Shown piece by piece: positions 17,071 through 29,965 of a stretch of DNA of 64,000 nucleotides. Under the pieces are notes generated by a model, which did not search any database, was not told the DNA's origin, and was given only the letters and a program-made list of their open reading frames with translations. A program made the translations under genes and the position numbers. How positions within the stretch are numbered: the stretch's first letter is position 1; the number at the start of each line of letters is the position of its first letter. The DNA lies in the NCBI RefSeq assembly GCF_009914755.1, contig NC_060930.1; one strand, given 5' to 3'. The stretch is from the human T2T-CHM13v2.0 reference genome, Homo sapiens.

Positions 17071-19089
17071 AACAACTATAAAATTGCAAAAAAAAAAGTT
17101 TTTACAGTTCCATTAAAATAAGCTCAAATAAGTTTGATTGTCCTCCACTTGATAGTTCTAATTTGTGCTGAGGTCTCTCTTGTCTAATTGTGTGTGAGAA
17201 ACCCATGAAATATGCAGAGTTCTTAAAGACTACCTGTGTCTACCATCTTTCACTTCTCAGCATTTTCTGATGTGAGTAACTAACACCTCACTTTCCAGGA
17301 CAGTTTGCAAGGTACTGACTGATAAAATGCTAGTGCACTGGGCAGAAGTGGCTGAGAACTGCTCATACCTTTGCATCTCAGGTAATGATGGAAAAAGAAT
17401 TCAACTTGGTATGCCAGTCGGGTGTGCCAAGATTTGTACTATAGCCTTCCAGATGCATAAATTTCTAAGGTCACCAGTTTTTGGGGTCAGTGGGAATCTA
17501 TAGGGTAATTTTAGGGTGAATATTTATAAAACATATGCAAATAATAGAGACTAAGCTCTCCCATGGGACATAGAATAATATAAATGCTTTGGTTGCTTCA
17601 TCACATATTATATGATATCATCACTTATTATATGATATAATCTAAAACAATTTACTTTATTGTTTAGTAAAAGTTTTTTTAAAAAATAAACTTTTTAACA
17701 ACAAGCTCAATAAAAGTACTGTAGGTTTTCTTTTCATTCTGTTGATGGTTTCCTTTGCTGTACATAAGTTTTAGTTTCATATAATCCCAGGTGTTTACTT
17801 TTGTTTTTGCTGCCTGTGCTTTTGAAGTCTTATTCATAAAATATTTTATTAAATCAATGTTCTGAAGATTTTCATCTATGTTTTCTTCTAGTAGTTTTAT
17901 AGTTTGGGGTCTTACATTTAGATCTTTAATCTATTTTGAGTTGATTTTTGTATAGGTAAGAGGTAGAGCTCTAATTTCATTCTTCTGCATATGGTTGTCT
18001 AGTTTTCCCAGCACCATTTATTGAAGAAGTAGTTCTTTCCCCAGTGAGTGTTCTTGGCACTGTCGAAAGTAAGTTGGCTATAGATATGTTAATTTTCAGG
18101 TTTTCTATCTCCTATATGCATGGATCAAAATAATTAATACTGTTAAAGATGACCATACTAGCCAAAACAATCTACAGATTCAATGCAATCCTTATCAAAA
18201 TAACAATGATATTTTTCACATAAATAAACAAAAAACCCTTAAAATTTGTGTGAAACCATAAAAGACCCTGAATAGCCAAAACAATCCCGTGCAAAAAACA
18301 ATGAAGATGGAGGCATCATAGAATCAGACTTCAATATATTACTACAAAGCTGCAGTAACCAGAACAGCATGGAATTGGCATTAGTCTTTTTTCATCATAT
18401 CATGTCATGGGTATTTTTCCAAAGAATGCAGTTTTTATGACAGTATGGCTTTATTGCTATTTTTAATAAAATTGTGTGAAATTGTGTTCAAAGTTAAATT
18501 CTGTGGTTAAAACATGTGAACATTTTCTTATATTTGAATCTTCTCTGGAAATTATTTTTATTGAGAAAATTTTTTCTCTGCAGGTTCTTAGTTACCTGGA
18601 AAGTTCTGAGAAAATTCTTACTAAATAGAGAGTATACTCATTTCAAAGGTTTTTAAATTGAAATATTTAAATACTTTAGTCTAAACATTTTAACAGATAT
18701 TGTTTTTAATTTTACCCCTTTATTCAACAAATATTTTCAACAAAACAAAGTTAAGTTAGTTGGTTCTATTTACGCCCCTTTTAACTTTTGTCAAATTTAG
18801 ATGCTAAAAAATCATGAGTATACATTTATCCAGTTGAATATAGAAACTGTATTAAAAAGATTCCTCTCTTATGCCAATATGCTACAAGGAGAAATTGTAA
18901 AATTTGAAAAGTGCATAAATTTAAATTTAAATTTAAATTTCATGCACTTTTGAGTTGTTGTCATTTAATTGATACAATTTCTCTTGTGTTTTTATTGGAT
19001 TAAATTTTGATGTTTTCACCATTGCAAGCTTGATTTTCAATAAATGCAATTCACTAAATGTTTAAATGGTATTTTTTGGTAGTCCATTT

Positions 19090-22000
19090 TTTGGCATCTT
19101 GGATACCAGCTCAGCCTCAGCAGGATAAGGCACCAGGCCGATTTGTGAGGCCCCCATGCTAGGCCCTAGTTTCTGGATGACATTTCTAGACATACCATGG
19201 GCCAAAAAGGAACCTGGTGCCTTAAAGGACCCAGTCCTTGCAGGATTTATCACCTGTTGACTAAAAAGCCCTTCAGCACTGATTAACCAGAAGTGATGCC
19301 CAGATAGGATACCATGGACTTTGGGCTCTGAGACATGCTGACTATAGGTGTGACCCAGCACATTCCCAGCTGTCATGCCTATGGTGAAAGACTCCTTCTG
19401 TTTGAGAAAAGCAGTAGGAAATGTAAAGGACATTTTGTCTTGTACTTTAGGTAACTGTTCAGCCACAGTGGGGTAGGGCAACAAGCAGGCTCTTCGGATT
19501 CCTAAGTCCAGGCCTAGCCTCTTGGAAACCATTTTGTAACCTTCCCTGGGCCAGAGCAGAGCCTACTTCCCTGAAGGGTGAGTCCCAGTCCTGGCAGCAT
19601 TCAGGATAAGCTGACTGAAGAGCCTTTTGGCTTTAAGTAAATCTTGGTTGTGGACTGGCAGAAACCCCACCATGGGTGGTGGTGCTGGGCACAGGGAAAG
19701 GCTCTTCTGCCTATGGAAAGGTAAGGGAAGAGTAGGAAGGACTTTGTCTTGTGGTTTGAGTGCCTATTAGCTGCAGTAGAAGACAACATCAGGTGCATTT
19801 CTAGGATTTTTGACTCTGATTCCTGGCTTCTTGACATCTCTGGACCCATCTATGGCCTGGGGGAATTTCCTGTCCTAAAGGAAAGGACACAAACCTATCT
19901 AGTTTCAGCACCTGCTAATTGTAGAGCACTAGGGCCTTCAGTGAAGATAGGAGGTAGCCAGCTAGTGTTTACAGTGGGCTATGGATGAGTCCCAGTGCTC
20001 TGCTGCCTTCAGGTCTGACCCAGCACTGTAGCAGTGGTAATGGCCACAGGGGTGCCTGCATCAGTACAACCCCAGTTCCAGGTGGCTCAGCACAGACAGA
20101 GAGACTTTATTTGTTTGGTGGAAAGTAAGGGAAGAGAACAAGAGTTTCTGCCTGGTAATCCAGAGAATTCTTCTGGATCTTATCCATGATCACCAAGGTG
20201 GTACCTCTAGAGTCTGGAAAAAACAAAAACACAGCAATATTTGACTTCCAGTCAAAGTTCCTTAAAATACGTGGAAAGTCTTCCCAAGAAGGATGGGTAC
20301 AAACAAGCCCAGACTGTGAAGAATACAATAAATACCTAACTTTTCAATGCCCAGACACTAACAAATATTTACAAGCATCAAGATCAGTCAGGAAAACGTG
20401 ACTGCACCAAACAAACTAAATAAGGACCAAGGACCACTCCAGGAGAAACAAAGACATGAGATTTTTCAGAAAGCGAATTCAAAATAGCTGTTTTGAGGAA
20501 ACTCAGAGAAATTCAAAATGAAATGGAGAACAAATTCAGAATTCTATCAGATAATAGAGATTGAAATAATAAAAAAGAATCAAGCAGAAATTCTAATGTT
20601 GAAAAATGCAATTAACATTCTAAAGGATGCATCAAAGTAATATAATAGCAGAGCTGATCAAGCAGAGGAAAGAATTGGTGAGCTTGAAAACAAGCCATTT
20701 GAAAATATACAGTCAGAGAAGACAAAAGAGAAAAGAATAAAAAAAATGAAACATGCCTACAAGATCAAGAAAATAGCCTCAAAAGGGCAAATTGAAGAGT
20801 TATTCACCTTGCAGAGTAAGTAGAGAAAGTTCTCTATTATTAGGAGATAGCAAGTTTATTCAAAGGGATAATAATAGAGAACTTCCCAAACCTAGAGAAA
20901 GATATCAACATTCAAATACAAAAAGGTTGTGGAACATGAAACAGATATAATCCAAAGAAGACTACCTTAAGGTATCTAATAATCAGACTCCCAAAGGACA
21001 AGGATAAATTAAAAATCCTAAAAGCAGAAAGAGAAAACAAAAAACAAATAACAAATAGCATACAGTGGAGTCTAAATACATTTGGCAGCCAACTTTTTAG
21101 TGGAAACCTTACAGGCCAGGAGAGGATGGTATGACATATTTAAAGCACTGAAAGTTAGGGGGAAAGACCTTTTACCTTAGAATAGTATATCCTTTGAAAA
21201 TATCCTTCAAGCATGAAGGAGAAATAAACAGACAAACAAAATCTGAAGAATTTCATCAAGACCAGATGTATCCTACAAAAAATGCTAAAGAGATTTCTTC
21301 AGTCTGAAAGAAAAGGATGTTAACAGGCAATAAGAAATCATATAAAGGTGCGAAACTCACTGGTAACAGTAAGAACACAGAAGAAACACAGGATGTTATA
21401 ACATTGTAATTGTGGTTTGTAAGCTACATATTCATAAGTAGAAAGACTAAATGATAAACCAATAAAAAATAATAACTACAACAGCTTTTCAAGACATAAA
21501 CAGCACAATAAGATATAAAGATAAAAACAAAAATGTTCAAAGTGGGGGAATGAATTATAAAAATTAATTCAAGATGGATTAAAGACTTAAGTGTTAGACT
21601 TAAAACCATAAAAACCCTAGAAAAAAAACCTAGGCAATACCATTCGGGACATAGGCATGGGAAAGGACTTCATGTCTAAAACACCAAAAGCAGTGGCAAC
21701 AAAAGTCAAAATTGACAAATGGGATCTAATTAAACTAAAGAGCTTCTGCATAGCAAAAGAAACTACCATTAGAGTGAACATGCAACCTACAGAATGGGAG
21801 AAAATTTTTGTAATCTACCCATCTGACAAAGGGCTAATATCCAGAATCTACAAAGAATTTAAACAAATTTACAAGAAAAAAAAAATAACCCCATCAAAAA
21901 GTGGGCAAAGGATATGAACAGACACTTTTCAAAATAAGACATTTATGCAGCCAACAGACACATGAAAAAATGCTCATCATCACTGGCTATCAGAGAAATG

Positions 22001-25000
22001 CAAATCAAAACCACAATGAGATACCATCTCACACCAGTTAGAATGACAATCATTAAAAAGTCAGGAAACAACAGATGTTGGAGAGGATGTGGAGAAATAG
22101 GAACACTTTTACACTGTTGGTGGGACTGTAAACTAGTTCAACCATTGTGGAAGACAGTGTGGCGATTCCTCAAGGATCTAGAACTAGAAATACCATTTGA
22201 CCCAGCCATCCCATTGCTGGGTATATACGCAAAGGATTATAAATCATGCTGCTATAAAGACACATGCACACGTATGTTTATTGCGGCACTATTCACAATA
22301 GCAAAGACTTGGAACCAACCCATATGTTCATCAGTGATAGACTGGATTAAGAAAATGTGGCACATATGCACCATGGAATACTATGCAGCCATAAAAAAGG
22401 ATGAGTTCATGTCCTTTGCAGGGACATGGATGAAGCTGGAAACCATCATTCTCAGCAAACTATCGCAAGGACAGAAAACCAAACAGCACATGTTCTCACT
22501 CATAGGTGGGAAATGAACAATGAGAACACTTGGACATAGGAAGGGGAACATCACACACCCGGTCCTGTTGTGGGGTGGGGGAAGGGTGGAGGGATAGCAT
22601 TAGGAGATATACCTAATGTAAATGATGAGTTGATGGGTGCAGCAAACCAACATGGCACATGTATACATATGTAACAAACCTGCACGTTGTGCACATGTAC
22701 CCTAGAACTTAAACTATAATAATTAAAAAAAAAAATAGAACATTTCTAAGTGGTGCAGGTTGAGAATAATGCCTGCCCTCTATTTGAACACTTGTCACTT
22801 GATCTTCTCAACTACACATGTTGAATAGAGTATAATAAACTCAAAAAATAAGTTAAAGGGTAGAGTTTTTAGTAGTTTTCTTTTTGCCTGTTTGTTTACG
22901 GAATCACTGTTAACCTGTTATCAGTTTAAAATACATAGAAGGAAAGCACAAACAATAAAAATTAAGAAAGTAAATCATATCACCAGAGAAAATCACCTTC
23001 ACTAAGAGGAAGGCAGGAAGGAAGGAAGAAGGAAAGAAGGGAGAGAAGACCAGAAAACAACCAGAAAAAAAAATTGCAAAATGGCAGGAGTAAATCTCTG
23101 CTTATCAATAATAACATTGAATATAAATGGACTGAACTCTCTGATCAAAAGACACGGAGTGGCTTAATGGATGAAAAAACAAGGCCCATTGATCTGTTGC
23201 CTACAAGAAACACATTTCACCTATAACTGAAAGTAAAGCCATGGAAGAAGATATTACCTGAAAATGAAAACCAAAAAAACAGCAGGAGTAGCTGTATTTA
23301 TACAAAATGGGTTTCAAGACAAAAACTGTAAAAGAGACAAAGAAGGACATTATATGATGATAAAGGGGTCAATTCAGCAAGAGGATATAACAATTGTAAA
23401 TACATATGCACCCAATACATGAGCACACAATACATAAAGCAAATATTATTAGAGCTAATGAGACAGATAGATCTCAATATGATAGTACCTGGAGGCTTTC
23501 ACACCTCACTTTTAGCATTGGAAAGATCTCCAAGACTGAAAATTAACACAGAAACATCAGACTTAATCTGCACTATAGACCAACTGGAGATACTTACATA
23601 ACATTTCATGAAAAGGCTGCAGAATACACAAACTTCTTCTCAAGCACATAGATCATTTTAAGGATAGACTACATGTTAGGTTATGAAACAAGTCTTAAAA
23701 CATTAAAAAAATGAAATTTATGTCAAGCGTCTTCTTTGACAACAATGAAATAAAACTAGAAATCAATAACAGAAGGAATTTTGGAAACTATGCAAACACA
23801 TGAAAATTAAACAACATGCTCCTGAATGACCAGTGAGTCGATGAAGAAATTAGGAAGTAGAAAAATGTCTTGAAACTAATGATAATGAAAACATGCTTAC
23901 CAAAATGTATGGGATACAGGAGAAGTAGTACATTATATGTATAGCTCTGAGTGCCTACATCAAAAAAGAAGAAAAACATCAAATAAATAACCTAATGATG
24001 CATCTTAAAGAACTAGAAAAGCAAGAACAAACTGAATCCAAAATTAGCAAAAGGAAAAGTAATAAATATTACAGCAGAAATAAATGAATTTGAAATGAAG
24101 AAAACGTATAAAAGATCAACAAAACACAAAGTTGATTTTTTGAAGCAATAAAAAATGAACAACTTTTGCCAGACTAATGAAGAAAAAAAGAGAAAGACCC
24201 AAATAAATAAAATCAGAGATGAAAAGCAGGACATTACAACTGATACATCCGAAATTCAAAGGATCATTAGTGACCAGAAAAAAAATGACATGACAAACTA
24301 CATCCCAATAAATAGGAAAATCTAGAGAAAATGGATAAATTTCTAGATACATGCAACCTACCAAGATTGAATCATGAAGAAATCCAGAAATGAGCATACC
24401 AGTAACAAGAGACTAAATTCATAATAAAAAAGTCTCCTAACAAAGAAAAGCCTGTGATGTGTTAGCTTCTATGCTGAATTTTATCAATGATTTAAATAAT
24501 ACCAATTTTACTCAAAGTATTCCAAAAAAACAGAGGAGGAGGGAATAATTCCAAATGTTTCAATAGGCTAGTATTACCCTGATAACAAAATCAGACAAAG
24601 ACACATCAAAAAAAAGAAAACTATAGGCCTATATCTCTGATGAAATTGTTGCAAAAAATCCTTAACAAAATACTAGCAAATTGAATTCAACATTATGTTA
24701 GTAAGATCATTCATCAAGACCAAGTAGGATTTATCCCAGGGACACAAGGATGGTTCAACTTATGCAGATCAGTGTAATACATCATGTCAACCAAATGAAG
24801 AACAAAAACCATATGATCATTTCAATTGATGGTGTAAAACCATTTGATAGAATTAAACATCCCTTCATGATAAAAATCCTCAAAAAACTGGATTTAGAAA
24901 GAACATACTTCAACATAATAAACACCATATACAACATACATACAGCTAGTGTCATACTGAATAGGGAAAAAGTGAACGCCTTTCCTGTAAGATTTGGAAC

Positions 25001-27190
25001 ATGACAAGAATGTCCGCTTTCACAACTGATATCCAACATTTTTTGAGTCCTAGCTAGAGCAATCAGAGAAAAGAAATAAATAAAGAGCAAGAAATTTAGA
25101 AAGGAAGATATTAAATTATCCCTGTTTGCAGATATGATCTTACATTTGGAAAAACCTAAAGACTGCACCAAAAAACATAAGTGATAATAAATAAATTCAG
25201 TAACATTACAAGATACAAAATCAACATACAAAAATCAGCAGCATTTTTATATGCCAACAGTGAACAATCTGAAAAAGAAATTGAGAAAGTAATCCCATTT
25301 ACAATAGCCACAAATGAAATTAAATACGTAGGAATTCACTTAACCAAAGAAGTGAATGATTTCTACATTAAAAACTATAAAACTCTGACACAAGAAATTG
25401 AAGAAGAAATAAAAAATGGAAAGATTTATTCCATGTTCATAGATTGAAATAATCAATATTGTTAAAATGTCTACACTACCAAAGCAATCTAAATATTCAG
25501 TGCAATCCCTATCAAAATATCAATGATATTCTTAACAGAAATGGAAAAAAAAATCTTAAAATTTATATGGAGCCATGAAAGATCCAGAATAACCAAAGCT
25601 ATCTTGAGCAAAAAGAATGAAACTGGAGGAATCACATTACCTGACTTCAAATTATACCACAGAGCATTAATAACCAAAACAGCATGGTACTGGCATAAAA
25701 ACAGACACATGGACTAAAGGAACACAATAGAGAACCCAGAAACAAATCCACACACCTACAGTGAACTCATTTTTGACAAAGTTACCAAGAACATACATTG
25801 GGAAAAAACATTCTCTTCATTAAACCATGCTGGGAAAACTGGATATCCATATGCAGAAGAATGAAATAATACCCTTGACCTCCCCATATACAAAAATAAA
25901 ATCCAAATTGATTAACTATTGAAATTACTACAAGAAAACATTGGAGAAATTCTCCAGGACAGTCACTGGGGCAAAAATTCCCTGAGTAATATCCTACAAG
26001 TGCAGGCAACAGAAACAAAAATGGACAAATGGAATCATATCAACTGAAAAATATTTTGCACAGTGATGGAAACAGTTAACAAAGTGAAGAGAAAACCCAC
26101 AGGATGGGAGAAAATATTTGCAAACTACCCATCTGTCAAGGGATTAATAACCAGAATATATAAGGAGCTCAAACAACCCTATAAGAAAAACATGGATAAT
26201 TCAGTAAAATAATGGGCAGAAAATTTGAAGACATGTCTCCAAAGAAGACATACAAGTGGGAAACAGGCATTTGAAAAGGATCTCATCATCATTTATCATC
26301 AGAGGAACGCAATGATATATCATTTCACCTCAGCTACAATGGCTTTTATCCAAAGACAGACAATAACAAATGTTGGTGAGGATGTGGAGAAAAGGAGAAC
26401 CTCATACACTGTTGGTGGGAATGTAAATTAGTATAGCTATTATGGAGAACAGTTTTAAGGCTCCTCAAAAAAGTGAAAATAGAACTACCATATGATCCAG
26501 CAATTCCACTGCTGGGTATATACCCCAAAGAAGAGAAATCAGTATGTTGAAGAGATATCTGCACTCCCATGTTTGTTGCACCACTGTTCACAACAGCCAA
26601 GATATGGAAGCAACCTAAGTGTCCATCAACAGATGAATGAATAAAGAAAATGTGGTACTTATACACAATAATGTACTATTTAGCCATAAAAAAAGAATGA
26701 GATCCTGTTATTTGCAGCAACGTGGATGGAACTGGAGGTAATTATGTTCAGTGAAACAAGCCAGGCACAGAAAAAGAGACATCACATATTCTCACTTATT
26801 TGTGGGATGCAAAAATCAAAACACTTGAACTCACAGAGATAGAGATTAGAAGAATGATTTCCATAGGTTACGAAGAGTAGTAGGAGGTGGTGGGGAAGTG
26901 GGGATAGTTAATGGGTACAAAAAAATGTAGTTAGAAAGATGAATAAGATCTAGTATTTTATAGTATAGCAGAGTGACTATAGTCAAAATAATTTACATGT
27001 ACATTTTTAAATATAAGAGTATAGTTGAGTTACTTGTAACATAAAGAATAAATGCTTGAGGGGTTGGATAGCCCATTTTCCATGATGCAATTATTACGTA
27101 TTGCATGCCTGCATCAGAATATCTCATGTATTCCATCAATATATATATATTTACTATGCACCTACAAAAACCACAAATTTTAAAAAGAAA
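19090..27190 (+). mobile_element. Near full-length decayed L1MA1-3-type element: partial 5'UTR, ORF1 about 20347-21324, ORF2 about 23081-26810, 3'UTR
   Basis: EN-like start 'atggcaggagtaaat', RT-like 'tttgcagatatgatc', L1MA 3' end 'tatctcatgtattccat...actatgcacctacaaaa'. Many stops and frameshifts. Confidence 0.9.
21557..22735 (+). mobile_element. L1PA5/6-like, 5'-truncated, nested in the L1MA inter-ORF region
   Basis: ORFs 21657-21917 and 21962-22516 are the ORF2 C-terminus (CWRGCGE..HCWWDC). Poly(A) at 22725-22735. Confidence 0.95.
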
Positions 27191-27479
27191 AGGAAACTTA
27201 AAATTAATAAATTGAATTACATTTCTACAAAACATAAAATTACCAAAAAATACCATATAGTTAGCACAATGGACAAGTCCAAAGTTAAGCAGACCTGGAT
27301 CTTATCTTCAAGAATCTTACAACCTGGAAGGAAAGATTAAATGTGTTTTATATTTACACACAAGCACGCACACAATTCTGGGCTGGCTTATTGATTTTCT
27401 TTTTATCACTGCTCCTGACATCATTCTTTGTGATAACTACCTTGTTTGTTATATACGTAATATCTTAGTTTCTCCATAC

Positions 27480-28650
27480 TTGATGACTTCTGCAATAATT
27501 TTTTCTCCAACTCCCTCAGCCTCCCACTCTCATGGTCCTTTATATAACTCTAAATTAATAATGACTATCTAAACTCCAAAATCTCAATTTCAGGAATCCA
27601 AGTGTCCAGTCACCACCTCCTATTCATTTGGCTTACTTATTCTAGTTCTTATACAGCCATAATTCTTCAACCTCTTCAGTAACCCCACCCCTTTTGACTC
27701 TGATTTTCACTACTCAGAATTCCCTATATAGTTCAATTTCCTCCTTACAGACCTTAAAGTCTATGATTCCGTGGTGTGTCACTATAATCACTTTCCTTTA
27801 TACACTCCTTTTCCTTTCTTACTTTAATAAAATTAATTCCAAAAAGTCCCATCCTTAGACTCACCTCATTGGAAAAAATAATGCTTAATAGTCGCACAAC
27901 AAATAATGACCATAAATTCCAGATGGTATCCAAACACTGGCTAAAAATTCTCCTTCATTTTTCTATGAATTTTCCTCTATGTCCTAAGAAATGTATTCTG
28001 TACCTTCAATTCATATCACCCCCAACTCTGACATACGACCTCAGACAGTATAAGTTGTAAACACACTGACGAGACCCATGTCATCATCTTATTAGACTGA
28101 CCCTCATCTATGCTAAGATACTTTGCTTCACCTCGTTTTCAGATAAGAAGAGTCAATGATCCTATCCATAGTCAAATAAACTCCCTACTTTTGTATACTC
28201 AAAAACTTCACTTATGTAATGTCTTCTCTCTCTCCCTCTCCCTGTCTCTCTGTCTCTGCCTCCCTCTCTGTTTCTCTCCCTTTCTCCCTCACTTCCAACT
28301 TTGATTTGTCCCTATACTGCAGTTCCTAATGGTATATAAAAATTCCCCAGTATCTTTTGTCTGAGACAAAAAACACACCTAATTTTAAATCCTTCTACCA
28401 TCTCTCTACACTTCATAGAAAGAAAAGACTTATCAAAAAGATTGCTTATCCATTTGCTTCCATTGCTTCTCTTTCTTTATTTTACTATAATCAGAGTTTC
28501 TTCACCAAAAAATCTACAAATTTACCCATTTTCAAGGTAACTAATAGCTTCTTTCTAAGTTCAGTGGTTGTGCTCTGTCCTCTTCCTACTTGATTGTTCA
28601 ACAACAGTTGACACAATTAAGCAACCTCTCCACTTTCACATTTCACTACC
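27480..28650 (+). mobile_element. L2 LINE internal fragment
   Basis: 'cccactctcatggtc', 'aaatctcaatttcagg', 'caccacctcctatt' match L2 ORF sequence; pyrimidine-rich. Confidence 0.65.
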
Positions 28651-28657
28651 TACACAA

Positions 28658-28775
28658 CCCTAGGTAAATTATTTAACTTTCATGTTCTTCAGCATATTCA
28701 CTTACAAAATAAAAGAAAGACTGCTTTCTTACTCAAGTGTTATGAAAATTAAATGCGATAATATCACTACAATAT
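28658..28775 (+). mobile_element. MIR fragment
   Basis: Core-like 'ccctaggtaaattatttaac...gtgttatgaaaattaaatgcgataat'. Confidence 0.55.
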
Positions 28776-28874
28776 TCTTTTGAAAACTGTTCTCCCTTCT
28801 TATATTCTTACCTCTCTAAAATCTATTTTCTAAAAAGTAGCAGATAAGAGATGAATGACAAAAGGCGATTCAGA

Positions 28875-29009
28875 ATTAAACGACAAAATGTGATTCTGAC
28901 CTGATATATAGATATCTTTTGTAGACATACCTAACATATGTCTAAATACGTTATATATGTCTATAAAAGATACCTACATATCAGGTCAGAATCACATTTT
29001 GTCATTAAT
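28875..29009. repeat. Long inverted repeat (58-bp core arms, 6-nt loop)
   Basis: 28882-28939 versus the reverse complement of 28946-29003: 52/58 identical. Confidence 0.95.
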
Positions 29010-29112
29010 GTGCACACATTCTGGGGCCGAATAAAATATCTGGCCCTATTCCAGATTGTGGTGTCCTTTGTTCATCCTGGTTCTACCATAATGGTATTTT
29101 TCTGCTGGGCAA

Positions 29113-29613
29113 TGTTGCAGTTACCTTTTGCTGCATAATAAGCTTCTCCAAAATTTCATGGCTTAACAATTTATCTCAAGTTTGTGAGTTAAGGAAGAAT
29201 TCTGGTAGAGCTTGGCTGGATGACTATCCTGCTGTTCGTGGCATATTCAACTGGCTGCCAGACTGGAGGTTCCAAAATAGCTTTACTCATGTGTCTGGAG
29301 CCCTAGATGGGCTAACAGAAAAGCTGTACTCAGTGTAGCCTCTCTCTATTTGTCCCTCCTTAGAGTCTCAGGCTTTCTCCATGTGGTCTCTCTAGGAAAG
29401 TTAAGGAATGTTTCTATGTTGTTTAAGGGATCTAAAAAATCTGGCAAAAGCTGCCAGTCCTTTAAGGGATTAGCCCAGAACTGTCACAGCCTCACTCCTA
29501 ACACACTCTATTGGTCAAAGAAGTTGCAAGCCAGCCCAAATTCAAGGTGAGGGCAAATAGACACTATCTCATGATAACTGTCAATAATTTGCCACCTTCT
29601 TCAATGCACCATA
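29113..29613 (-). mobile_element. MaLR solo LTR (MLT1G/H-like)
   Basis: 'tgctgcataataa', 'ctattggtcaaag...ccagcccaaattcaagg'. Confidence 0.75.
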
Positions 29614-29639
29614 AGAGTACTCCAATATCATTTTTGCTA

Positions 29640-29965
29640 TATACCTGACACCCTTGTTTCTGCCTTTAGGAATTCTTCTCCCAAATCTTTCTATGGCTGA
29701 CTCCTTCAAATCTCAGCTCAATTATCACCTCCTCATTACATAAAAGCTTTTCTCACTGCCTTATCTAAATATATTTCCTCCTACCATCACTATGTACTCC
29801 ATCAGCTCTTTTATTTTCTTCTGTCATTACCTTACTACTGCCTCCATTGCAATGTCAACTTCACAAGCACAGAAACTGTCTTTCTTGTCAACTCTGGTTG
29901 TAGAACCCAGAATGATGCTTGACACATAAAATTGTTCATTAAATATTTTCTGAAATACTGAGTCA
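29640..29965 (+). mobile_element. L2 3' end
   Basis: 'tggctgactccttc...tctcagctcaa' and 'tgacacataaaattgttcattaaatattt'. Confidence 0.65.

Noticed and set aside
19090-27190. Retrotransposition-competent full-length L1
   Set aside because: ORF1 and ORF2 are riddled with stops, the 5' end is missing, and another L1 interrupts it.
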